Part shown: positions 53,001-64,000 of the stretch, in pieces
Layout of the letters: each line of letters begins with the position of its first letter
How positions within the stretch are numbered: position 1 is the stretch's first letter
NCBI GenBank assembly: GCA_040954595.2
Contig: CM082585.2
Span: 5,977,808 to 6,041,807, forward strand
DNA from: Balanoglossus misakiensis
Taxonomy: Eukaryota; Animalia; Hemichordata
Direction of reading: 5' to 3'
Length of the DNA stretch: 64,000 bases
Program-made: the position numbers and the translations under genes
Notes under the pieces: model-generated
What the model was told of the DNA's origin: nothing
What the model saw: only the letters and a program-made list of their open reading frames with translations
Database searches by the model: none

Positions 53001-54344
53001 AACAAGAAGCGACGCGAATGGAAATTGACGGTTTTGGTACTTTTTCCCCCGTGACACTTGGTGTTCGACTATTCAGACATAAAACGGGTGGAATTATATC
53101 GTTTGAGGTTTTCTGGTGTTTCTGTGCGGTAATCATCGTCATTTACAAGGTCTGACGTAGATCATTTGCACATGGTGTAAATTATCCGTGACCGGTGTAT
53201 ACATGTACTTGTGGTTGACACGAATTCAGATTGTGTTTATTGTGAAAGGGAACCGTTTCTATTTGCCAACATTCGTCAATTGGCCGATTCTCGAACGATT
53301 TCATGATTCGCACAAAACATGGGTTTCCATTTGCTAAGTATTCTTGTATGTTTGACGTAAACATTGCCAAGGCAAATCTTCATTGTTTGATTGTATTGTT
53401 TGATTGACAGCTGTATGGCTAATGTTAATTACGCCGCGGATTTCGTCCAATCAGTCCCCAGGAATGTCACGACATGAAATGTCAACAGCTGGGCCTTTAT
53501 GGTGTTTAATGTCCAAATTTACCCAGACCGATAGATCAACGCACGTGATTGGCCAAGTCTCATTATTCTCGGGTATCTTTACAGAGAAAAGTGCGTTTAA
53601 TCTGCCATCGACACAACAATGCTGTTTAGCCTCATGAATTTCTCACGTGATAACGCAACAGAGATTGACAAGTCTGGGCGGTTAACGATTCAGCATTTTA
53701 CACGCTGATTTTTTCCCCTCCTCCCTTAGTGTTAAAAGTCAATGACCTTTCAAACCAATCTAATGTAGACCAGATGTACGTACTTGCAATCCAATATTGT
53801 TTGTGCTGAAAAAAACACGCGGTTTATCCATGCCCCGAAGATCAGAAAGTGTTACGCTACCACCTCGAGTCATTGGACGGAGTACCTACTCGTTTTACAC
53901 CGGCTACTTGAATTGTCTCTGTCATCCTTGTGCACATATCCAGATGTGATGTTCGGCACAAATGCCCCCCCCCCCCCCCGATGATTACAATACCATTCCT
54001 GTACCTGGACCCGTGTACGCGATTTGAGTTAAATTCATTTCAATAGTTCTGTAGGCCTATGGATTCTAAAATTGTGCTTTATGCATGGCCCTTGGTTTAT
54101 TCTATTACCCCCCCCCTCAATTTTATGAAGAGATCCACTAGTTCCAAACGCAACAGCTGCGTCATCTACAAAACCCGAGTTTCTGGTTGTTCCATTCGTA
54201 AGAATGGGGAGAGTTGTCTTCCGTGTAGCTTCGCTGAGACAAATGTTACCATAGATTAGTTTATATTCTATATTTTCTTGTCGACTTTAAGACAAGACTC
54301 AGTGGCCATTTTTCCATTCCAATTTACATCGGTTGCTGCCTTTT

Positions 54345-54554
54345 GGGTGACCCATTTGATTTCTGGGGGGGGGGGTGAAGGATTAAAACCAAATTGACAG
54401 ACGGTGCGGAAGAAAAATTCTTCTGCAATGCCTTGAGAACAAAATTAGGACTGGCATCAGAGGAAAATTCCTGTAACAGTGGCTGGAAAAATGCAGACAT
54501 ACCAAACTCCTCCACCACCACCCCCCCCCCCCAGATATCAAACGGTTCTGCCCT
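54345..54554. mobile_element. Harbinger-like short MITE (copy 2, diverged)
   Basis: ccatttgatttctgggggg ... ccccccagatatcaaacgg; internal sequence similar to 11446-11628. Confidence 0.55.
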
Positions 54555-55214
54555 TGTGTGAAGGGTCCAGGAAAGAGTTGACCCCATCAAACTGTTTTGA
54601 AGACAAATTGACATAGTCATTCGAGTCTCTCCGCCACTCTTGCGCACCCGTACCCATGGCCACCCAAGTGTTCATCTGTAGTTGAAGGTCACTGCTAAGG
54701 TCATCCGTGATTGGGGGGAAACTGAGTTGAAGGGCGCCAGGCCTGGATGCGCAAAACACGCACTCATAACCCATCAGCATCCCTAAAAATACCACTTAAA
54801 TGACTCGTTGTTCTTTCATTTGTTTTGTTTATTGAAAAAGAATTGTTTTCTTATAAAATTCAAATTAACATGACACAATGTCCTGTCATCATAAAAATGG
54901 CATTCAATTTTTAAACGAAACAGTGTACACGATACAAAGTCAGATAGTGAAAAATGCAAGTGATCATGACCTTTATCAACAACTGGTGTACCGCGTACCG
55001 GAGAGTGAATATATATCCATGAATATGAAACATACTTTGACTGAGTACACAGGATTTTCGACGTGATCAGTAAACGTAATAACTAAAAGCCGAGATTTTG
55101 TGTCACAGTGAATATACAAATTTAAAAAATGTATATGTACAAGTTCGCTTTTTATTGAATTCGCAATTCCGTGGTTCTTGACCCGGATACAAGAGCGTCG
55201 CGGATTTCGAAAGC

Positions 55215-56600
55215 TTATTTAATGTAGTTTGGATAGAGCAGGAGACCGTTGTACGTGTTGTAATTGAAGTCGTTTCCGTAGAGGGCGAAGTGCTCGGACG
55301 GTCCCAGCAGCAGCCACACCTGGTCGCCGATCTCCAGGTGCAGCATGGCGCTCTGCGTCTGCATCACCTTGCGGTCGCTGGCGTCGGTGGTCATGGCGAC
55401 CACGGGGTCGTCGTTCAGCATGAGCGCCACGCCGATGTGCTTGTGGTCGTAGGTGCGCATGGTGTAGGAGAAGTAGTAGATGCCCGGGATGGTGGCGACG
55501 AAGACGCCGGACTCCGGGTCGAAGCTCTTGCCCTTGTTGGCCTGCGTCTTCTCGAAGGTCACCACCTGCGGGCTTTTGTGTCCGAATAGCGGCGTGGTGC
55601 GGACGGCCGAAAATGCGCACTTTTTGTTTGCTGCAAGAGGGGAAAAGAACGAACGACAAGAAAAAGATTAAGAAAACGGGCATATCTTTACTGGTTGTTC
55701 AAATATCCACGTGATATCGGAAATAGAAATATAAAATATTTGCTAAAATATAGAATCATTCTTACTAAAATAAATGTAGTTATATCGAATTGATATCTGA
55801 GGGTACGACCAGGTTGATTAGGCCCTTCAGTATGGTGTCGTATTTAGCGATATTTTTCTTCGAAATCGAATTCGGAGTTATCTGTGATACTTACATCTGA
55901 CTAAATCGGTAAAAGTTTCTTCCATTTCAGTGAAGACTTGATCTTCTGTTATTTCTCTCCTGTGACGTTGCGCAATCGATCTGCCCAATCGGGCGATGTC
56001 GAACGGGAAGCCTCCGGGTCTTGGCCTTGGTCGACGGACTGGATCCTCGATGACGGGAACCGCTGTCGTCTGCTGCCGATTGACAGGGTTGTTTCGCCTG
56101 TTTTCAATCACTTGTTTTGTCATGAGAGACGCAAACGCCCTGCCCATCATCACCACACTCGCTTCTTCGTCTTCTCGGTTCCTGCCGGAGTTTCCGCCGC
56201 CGGGGTGGGTGAAGTTGTCCCGGATGTTGCGGATTTTGTCGCGGCTCAGGGAGCTGACCCAGCCGTCCAGGTCGCGCCGTTCCTGGTCGCCCTCGTTGGG
56301 GTTGCCGGCGCCCGGACCGCGGCCCTCGCACGAGCAGGCGTTGCCCAGCCTGTCCTCGATGGCGGACAGGGTCCTCGCGTGATGGTCGTCCCTCTGCTGA
56401 AGCTCCTCGATTGTGACCTTGGCGTTTCTGAGATCGGTCGCCAGTACGTTGAACTGGGAGAGTAAACTTTGGTATTGACGGGCCAGCTCGGCGACGTCGG
56501 TCGAGGGTGTCGGCTGCCCGCGCAGAAGTCGCGGGTCGACGGCTCCGCTGACCACAACAAGCAGCAGACAAACCGTGGAGTATAGGAGCGATGACATCAT
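55215..56600 (-). CDS. Secreted C1q-domain-containing protein B (about 373 aa)
   Basis: Exon 56600-55895 encodes a signal peptide (MMSSLLYSTVCLLLVVVSG), coiled coil, CSC and RHRR. It splices in phase 1 to exon 55630-55215, the gC1q domain: CAFSAVR...GVFVATIPGIYYFSY...QSAMLHLEIGDQVWL...NTYNGLLLYP. Confidence 0.92.
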
Positions 56601-57317
56601 CAGTTTTGTCTGCGCACACCTTTGCTGTGTACTATGTTTTCAAAATCTGTAACGAGAAATTCATACGCCTGTGTAAGTACAAAGAACATCAAACGCTGGG
56701 ACCTCACATTCTTGATGTTTGGACTAGAAACTGGGGTCCCACAATTCTCTCTATATTTAGAGGAGTTTGGTGTTCTTAGTCTAGCATCTAGCCGTGTTTT
56801 TGTCCGTTTTGTTTTGGAAGCAAATCGGACAAAACACGACTAGATACTAGACCAGGTGTACTACGCTTTCGTTTGATATAGCTCCGACGTCTTGGATTGT
56901 ACCATCATACGTTTGGAAAGTGAGCCACCAGGGGCATCGTCCCACACACAATCGGTGTTGACTTCTAGTTTTTATCTCGCTTTCCACGCTACCTCGAGTC
57001 ATTTCCGTTAAAGGATAAGAATTACACGGCGAAATCGATGAAAAACATCCTGGATGAAATAACAAACAGGTACACATCTATAGGAAAAAATGTAATCGAT
57101 AATTCAACGTGTGAGACCACTGATTCATGTTGTAGCACGTGGGCAGATTTCGCGACTTGGGTCGTCGACCTGTCCAGTGCCACATTCATATGAGACTATC
57201 GGCAAATTGCCCTTCCAAACTTGAAATGAATAAAACCAAACGTGGTAAACTTTTTTCAAGTCCCACCGTGGAACCACAACATGTACTTTTACCAATCAAT
57301 TAGAGCAACAGTAGTCT

Positions 57318-57395
57318 TAGCCTAGTCCTAGCCGTATTTTGTCCTCTTTGCTTCCCAAACTACAAAGCGGACAAAATACGGCTAGGACTAGGCTA
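57318..57395. mobile_element. 78-bp palindromic mini-element with perfect 9-bp TSD (Academ/AcademH-like)
   Basis: TAGCCTAGTCCTAGCCGTATTTTGTCC...GGACAAAATACGGCTAGGACTAGGCTA flanked on both sides by cagtagtct. A related diverged copy lies at 56777-56854. Confidence 0.8.
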
Positions 57396-58039
57396 CAGTA
57401 GTCTGAGCATATGACAGTTCGACTGTCTGTGATCTCATGGTCTGGTACATATCAGTACCTGCTAGTTCTCGTCAGATTGTGAAAACCCGAAAACTCGCTC
57501 CCGAAAATACCAGTGTTCCGCGACCCTGACTCGCTACTCTAGGGTTTTCTTGCATTACAACACGCACAACATTTAATAATGTATTAGCATCGTCCAAGAC
57601 AAGAGGAGGGACTGTGTCCAAAGTAACCAAGCCGCGCTGCTGCATGCGTCGATGCATGGAGCTAGAAAAGGAAGTTGCCCTTCTAGCTCGATGTAAGCCT
57701 AAAAATCACAGAGGGCTTCCCTGGATCTCCAGGGCTTTCCGTTTCGACACCTTTCGGGGGACAGGTGTAACTTCCATTGTTGACCGTAATAAACTTGAAC
57801 AAACAGACACGACGCTGCAGTATCAGAACAACGACAGACCGCACTACGGTCTACGGGTCCGGAGATTCAAAAAAGTACTGCAACATTGTTCAGTGGTGCA
57901 TATGCGGAACACTTTATAGATATATCTAACAGATAACTTTTTGCTGTCAATGACTACCTGCAAGCAAACATTTTCAAGTATAATTCACTCCATGTGCTTC
58001 CCTTACGGGTCTATGTACACAGAAAATAATCGCAAAGAT

Positions 58040-58345
58040 CTTACCAATCGAAATTTTCTTTTCCAAATCGTTCTCGCACAAGTGTTCCACTAAGTGTTCT
58101 TCGCTTGCAGGTTTCCAATGTCCCTGTACGTTCTCACTGGTGGAGCCCGATTGTATTTATAGACCATCCATGCACAAGGCCGTGTTTATAGGGGCAGAGC
58201 GAGACCCCCTACGTCACTGCAGCGTCACTCATTGATTATGTACCAGATACCATTGCCCAAATATGGTAGGGTGACCTAATTAGCATAATCAGCGTGACCG
58301 CTGTTATGGTTTCCAGATAAATAATTAACATGGCGGTGACGTATT
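58040..58345 (-). promoter_or_regulatory. Probable promoter and first non-coding exon of C1q gene B
   Basis: Minus-strand TATAAATA at about 58154-58161; donor TTG|gtaaga at about 58044; CRE-like TGACGTA at about 58210 and 58337, and TGACGTCA at about 58658. Confidence 0.5.
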
Positions 58346-60497
58346 TGCCAACATTGAAAAATATTAAATAACACGTTCTTCATAGAAATGTGAGGGTTGA
58401 CCATTAGTCTTGTATCGGTTGTATAATTTTGTATACAGTCAAATGGCTAGGGTAATTCTTGCGAGATAGTGATGATTTGGTGACTGTAACAAGTTGCATA
58501 TAAAACTTTCTTTAGCTGTCATCCGGTTAGTTTATTTGGCATGGAATCAAATCAAATCAAATCATATTAAATCAAACTTGAATTTAATCTAAATGGCGAT
58601 ACAAAAATTCGAACTTTGGTTACTTCTTATGGACAGGTGGCTTCCACTTTGCACATGTGACGTCATTTCATTCAGAAAAAGTTGACAATACCCGCAAACG
58701 ATTATCGATAATCACGCCCCCATTGTTATCGTTCCTTCGCAGTTGGAGTCGGCCGACATGGATCATGTCCGAGTGAATGTGAGTCAAAAGTTACTGAGTC
58801 AGCAGTAACATTGGCCCACACAGCGGTGTTTACACGATACGGTGTGATAAACGTGACAAGGGTTTTGTAGGCCTGAAATACGGCGCCCAGTTGGTACTAA
58901 GGAAATACTTCAATGTCACAGTCTGTTATTTCACAATTAATATTATTAATTCTCCATTTCCCATGCACACACTTGTGGTCTGGACTGGAAGTGTTTGTAA
59001 TTACTTGTATATTTTCGCCACTCCCCCCCCCTACAATCTCATGCCCCGTCCCTAATACTGAAACGTGATGTAATGTTCATGTTATCAGGATACTGGGCAT
59101 TTGTTTAACTTCTCGAATATGAATTTGAGTACGACTATCGTCCTCTCCGATTACGACCCACTTTGCTTCACTAAAGACACTGCGTTTCCCGTTGCAAGTT
59201 TGTCCTTTGTACAGACTGGGTTAACTTTTCTCTCAGTGGACAAATAAGACACTGACACTGTGTATATCCATAACCCTTTTCCAAGTAATCTGAGATAAAA
59301 CAGACACATAATATTGCGTGACAAACAGATGGTGAATTTCAAGGTTAAGACGGCAGATTCTTAGAATTGCCCAATATTATTTTTAATGTGGTGTCTCTAC
59401 GAACGTCAACTGTCTGTAAACTAGAAACCGCTGTTACGCCATTCAGTTTTTGTGAAATTGGATAATAAGAACACCTGTCGAGAAAATAAAATGACGTAAC
59501 CGGCGTCCCTTTGAAGAAAAGCACCGCGACTGCGTGGTCTCCGCGTCGCGCGCGGCGTCCTATCGATTGGCCGGAAGAGAGCGTTCATTGACGCTTCCGA
59601 TACTGTTTCTGCCCACTCATGAATACGGAACAGTCAGTGCATCCTTCGATCTATATTCAAATCGATACCAGTTACGCCATGTTGGAGTTTTAAAATTGGC
59701 CACAGTCCCTCTATTGGCTTCTTCTAGCCCTCCTCCCCTCCCCCTTCCTCCCTCCCCCTCCCTCCCTCCCCCTCTCCCTCCCTATTGTCTCCTGCTATAT
59801 TTAATTGTCCGTCGTTTCTCGCCATCCATATGCAACATCCATCCGTATAAATCCATCTATGCTAAGGGGTGAACCATCTGGGGGGTCTGGAAAATGTAAA
59901 ACAAAGAATTCGAACGGAAACAGTAGGCAAGAAAATGATAGAAGATGAAAGTGTGCCAGGCAGAGACAAGGTACAAACTGCAACCGACACGATTTATTAG
60001 CAATTAATTACGCGGTTATCTAGATGACGCTCCGTCTGTTAACTGCTGATGGAGCACATCAGTCATCGCTGTGAAGCACTGGCGTTTTTAAACGGCAGGA
60101 GGATTTTATCAATACTCATGCTGATATAAGCGCAACCTTTCCCTGATCCTGTGCGGACCTTTGGTCTCCCGTACTTCAAACTTCCAGGAGACATTTTGAA
60201 GTTAGAAAATGGAAAGCCACGGGGTGCGTGGACTTGTTTATACTGCTAAGTGAACTGACTGATTACGCTTTTCAGAGTCCTGATGTATTTACGCAGAATT
60301 CCGACACATGGGGGGTAAACAGCGTTCTGTTTAGAACATTTGCAGTAAACATCCCCCATCTCGTGTCAGCTCGAGCGCATGACACAATCACTCACAGAGA
60401 CCGGGGGTAATATAAACAGACTTCGACTCGTGTCAAGGGTGAGAATTTGAAGACTCGCTGCCGAGGAGTTCGGTTTCAAGCGTCTAAAATATGTACC

Positions 60498-62069
60498 ATG
60501 GCAAACGGCAGTTTCTTCGCGTTTTTGTTTGTTTGCATATCTGTCGCGTTCGGTGAAGGCTTGGGTAGGATCGCAGCGACGAATGCCCGTTCGCAGGTAT
60601 TACGTCATCGCCGTTCCGCGGCCGCAGGCGACGAGTCCGTGGCGGCGCGCCTGGAAGAGCTGGCGGAGAAGTACGACGATCTGGAAAGTTCCTTCCAAGA
60701 CGTCATGAAGAGTAACCGAGATCTGCTGGCGACTGTGCTCTACCAGGACTCCAGGATTCAGCAGATGCAGCATATCGTGGTTGAGCAGGTGCCTTACGCT
60801 CTCGAGAAGGCCAACTACCTGGAGGGCGTGACGCACGAACTGAGAGACAGGATCGACGACCTGACCATCGAGAAACTCAAGCCCTGCGCCTGCCCGGAAC
60901 ACAACTTTAATGCAAGGGTCCGTCTCAAACACGACTGGCTGAACGACATAGAGCCGCAGATGATCGAGAAACTGCGAAAGGATTTCTACACTAACGATGC
61001 CGCGACGCTGAATCGCAAAAGTATGGACGCGGTCGAGGACGAAGAGATGCTGGACGAAAACACGATTGGAAGTCTCAGCAAGGTTCTTACCAACTTGGTG
61101 ATGGCTTCGGAATCGGGTTACCTGGCCGATGACGAAGGAAGAGAAACCACGCCCTCTAGTGACAAATTGGACGTGCTCCATCGAAAAATACTGCCCGACG
61201 AGGCAACTGTTTGGTCGAAAACGAAAGACAAGCAGGGAGACCAGATTTCGGCAAGTTCAACAAATGGCCACAAACTGAGCGTTGAAAGACAGATGGAAGA
61301 AGCTGTTCGGAGTATTTCTAAATGTAAGTAGGAAAAACGATAGCAACATGACTACACACATTACATGTACAACGCTGCAGCACAGCACAGCACAACAACG
61401 TTACAAATGACAGATATAAATTTACCTACACCGAATGAAAAACTATAATACAGAGAAAATATGTGAGTTGACTATGCTAGGTCACAGGTACCCGAAGATG
61501 ACGTCGATTGGCTTTGTAGTATATTAGTACTATAATACTACAGCTGTGACACCTACCACGACACAATCAAAATATTCGACTCAGACATTCGATATTTTGT
61601 GTGTACTTTTTTACACTGACGTATTAATAAAATAATTATCTTGTTTGTGTTTGTAGCTAAAAAGAAGATGGCCTTTTCCGTCGTCCTAACCAGCCCATTG
61701 CTTGGGTCTGACGAACCGCAGACTGTGGTCTTCAACGAGCAAACGGTCCGCATCGGAAAAGGCTACGACACGAAGAAGGGAGTCTTCCGCTGCAATATAC
61801 CGGGCATCTACTACTTCTCCTTCACCGTCTGCTCGTACGACGACAAGCACATCGCCGTGGTGCTGCTGCTGAACGACCAGTACGTGGTAGCCTCGTCCAC
61901 GGACAAGAGCTCGCGCAAAGTGATGCAGTCGCAAAGCGTGATGCTGTCTCTGTCCAAAGGTGACCAAGTCTGGCTCATGATGGGCGGATCCGACGATTAC
62001 GCCATCTACGGCCGAAACGACGATTATCACTACAACACCTTCAATGGCGTCTTGCTGTATCCCAAATGA
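60498..62069 (+). CDS. Secreted C1q-domain-containing protein C (about 412 aa)
   Basis: Exon 60498-61323 encodes a signal peptide (MANGSFFAFLFVCISVAFG), RHRR, coiled coil and CAC. It splices in phase 1 (AAT|gtaagt ... tgtag|CT) to exon 61657-62069, the gC1q domain: MAFSVV...GVFRCNIPGIYYFSF...QSVMLSLSKGDQVWL...NTFNGVLLYP. TATAAA at about 60411; AATAAA at 62161. Confidence 0.92.
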
Positions 62070-62629
62070 ACACAACTATACGAACTCGCCTATACATTGT
62101 ACACATATAGTTTAAGCACAAACTTGACCATTTCTCACACCAGTAAAAACTTTCTCAATCAATAAAATTTCATTCAGTACACCTTCAAAATTAATTTATC
62201 ACGGTTTTGGTTACGTTATACAATGTATCTTAGTATATTTCCAATTTCATCAATTGTATTGTTGTTTTCGCTTTGAATTTCACGGTCATGTGCCACAAAG
62301 TCAGAAGGCGTTCCAAAAAGATGGGAAATCCTTGATAATCTATTTATGGCAGTGTTCAAATTGGTGCGTTTTGCTCTTTCATTTGCATCAGTATATATTA
62401 CCCTTTGAAATCAGAAAAGTGTGTTTGTAATAAGATTTAGTTCATACCATGCACAAAGCGAAATAAATTTCACAAAGAATTCATCACTATATCCTGGTTG
62501 GTGGGTGTATATTTATGCAGCAATGTGGGGGGGGGGGGTTCTCAAACCTGGTCATTCATGAGGCATGCGCAGTTGACGAGGACTTCGCAGAATGACAGAA
62601 TTGTACCTAAAGTAAATGTTTACTTCCCG

Positions 62630-62819
62630 TCCAAAAAGAATCGCACTAAGACTTTCATTGTGTACAGCATTCTGTGCATTACATCTTGTGTAGAAGCACC
62701 TACTTGTACGACAAAATAAATTTTATCCAAAAAGAATTGCACTAAGACTTTCATTGTGTACAGCATTCTGTGCATTACATCTTGTGTAGAAGCACCTACT
62801 TGTACGACAAAATAAATTT
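62630..62819. repeat. Near-perfect tandem duplication (96-bp period, two copies)
   Basis: tccaaaaagaat(c/t)gcactaagactttcattgtgtacag...cgacaaaataaattt repeated at 62630 and 62726. Confidence 0.95.
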
Positions 62820-63607
62820 GGCAAACACTTCTATTTATGAATTGTTATTTATAAGATAATTCAATTCGACTTCATTATCCAGGATCACTTCGGCATATCC
62901 CAACGTTAACTTGTGCAACTCCAAGTATGCAACAAGTGTTACAAATCGAACATCAAAGTTTGGGTTAAAAGGAAAACGTCAAAACACTTCTATCCATTGC
63001 ATGCCATTTACGTATGACCCTACCAGGTGTGACGGTGTCAATTGCAAATTATTGCGTAGACATGTAAATGAGCTGCTCCGCTTTAAAGCACTCTCGCCCT
63101 TTGTTCTACCGCCCGCGTGCCAGTATGACCACAAAGAGAATTTTTTTCTCTTTTTGGTGTGGTGACACACAGCATCGGTTGTGCTAATTTTAGCAACGTG
63201 TGACGTTGTGGTGTTATTTCTATATTTGGTCAATACGGGTTCTGAATGCAGGTACTCGCTGGGCAGTGTTTTGACTGTCTGCCACCGCGTTTTATTAGCG
63301 TATGAAGTAGCGAGGCTTTTTAGCCGTACGCGATTGCGTATCGTACGCCATCTCGGCTATTGCTCCCGCGGATGTCGCGAAATACGCCCTGAGATGTTGA
63401 AAGATAGGCTACATGAAATTGAACGGGAGTAAGTTTGGTCGGGTCGTCCGTATACAGGCGAAATTCCACGCGGGGATCATGCGCTCCTATCCCGTGCTTT
63501 GTGCTCTATCGCGTGCCGCATGACGTATACACCGATGAGTTCTGTGGATACAAATGACTGGCACAGCGCATAAAACAATTTATTGTTAAAATCGATAGAA
63601 CGTTGAG

Positions 63608-63925
63608 ATGCATCTGCTCCACATTGCAGCGCTTTTCGTGGACTATACCGTACGTGCCGTGAAATATTTATTCAACTTGGCCATTTTTGAGCTGAATTTG
63701 GCGTCACGCCCATCGACGGAACGCGAAATAGCGGGTGAGTCCGTGTCGGGTTTGGAAACACGAGACGACAGGTGTCGTGTTCAACCGCTGGAACCAGAAA
63801 TCAGAGACAATTCCACCAGTGACTCTGTCCGGAAGACTAGGTTGTCCGAAGCCCCCGTCGCTGTTTATAATGCCAAAGGCCAGCTGGGTCTGCTTCAGAA
63901 CAGGACAGATCAACTCGGGTCGCAG
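63608..63925 (+). CDS. Probable first coding exon (106 codons) of a gene continuing beyond the window; absent from the ORF track
   Basis: ATG at 63608 follows an in-frame TAG. Open frame MHLLHIAALFVDYTVRAVKYLFNLAIFELNLASRPSTEREIAGESVSGLETRDDRCRVQPLEPEIRDNSTSDSVRKTRLSEAPVAVYNAKGQLGLLQNRTDQLGSQ, then strong donor CAG|gtgaga (phase 0). CATAAAA about 40 bp upstream. Confidence 0.5.
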
Positions 63926-63962
63926 GTGAGAGTTTCATCATTTTCACTGTGGTATGGAACCT

Positions 63963-64000
63963 TATCATCATCATCATCATCATCATTATCATCATCATCA
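63963..64000. repeat. (ATC)n microsatellite, truncated by the window end
   Basis: tatcatcatcatc... runs to the end of the sequence. Confidence 0.95.

Noticed and set aside
48398-62069. Assigning vertebrate names (C1QA/B/C, CBLN, C1QTNF) to the three genes
   Set aside because: No collagen domain, and orthology cannot be established without a phylogeny.
48392-62075. Long antisense and alternative-frame ORFs over the C1q genes
   Set aside because: Expected shadows of GC3-rich coding exons; no independent signals.
1-64000. CRISPR arrays, tRNA/rRNA genes, autonomous transposase or reverse transcriptase ORFs, prokaryotic systems
   Set aside because: None seen. The sequence is eukaryotic, repeats lack a repeat-spacer structure, and no long transposon ORF is present. 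Small ncRNAs cannot be excluded without an Infernal or tRNAscan search.

Overview
Intron-rich metazoan genomic DNA, probably from a marine invertebrate deuterostome such as a hemichordate (inferred from gene style and repeat types, not proven). The centre (about 11.7-47 kb) is a compact housekeeping block reconstructed exon by exon. It holds centrobin (CNTROB, minus strand, about 23 coding exons) head-to-head with TRAPPC1 (plus strand, 145 aa, one U12-type intron), then ACOT9 and a SAT2-like GNAT acetyltransferase. From memory, humans keep CNTROB-TRAPPC1 near SAT2 on chr17 and ACOT9-SAT1 on chrX, so this may be the ancestral linkage. The right part (48-62 kb) is a cluster of three secreted, collagen-free C1q-domain genes with two coding exons each. 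They share an N-terminal module I do not recognise (coiled coil, CxC, W..I..R..F helix) and RHxR furin sites; two also share an RPRPGGFPF peptide. Short orphan genes sit at both ends. Several MITE families (Tc1/mariner, piggyBac, Harbinger, Kolobok, Academ-like), microsatellites and CTCF-like motifs at gene boundaries are scattered throughout. All calls come from manual reading and remembered protein sequences; no searches were run.
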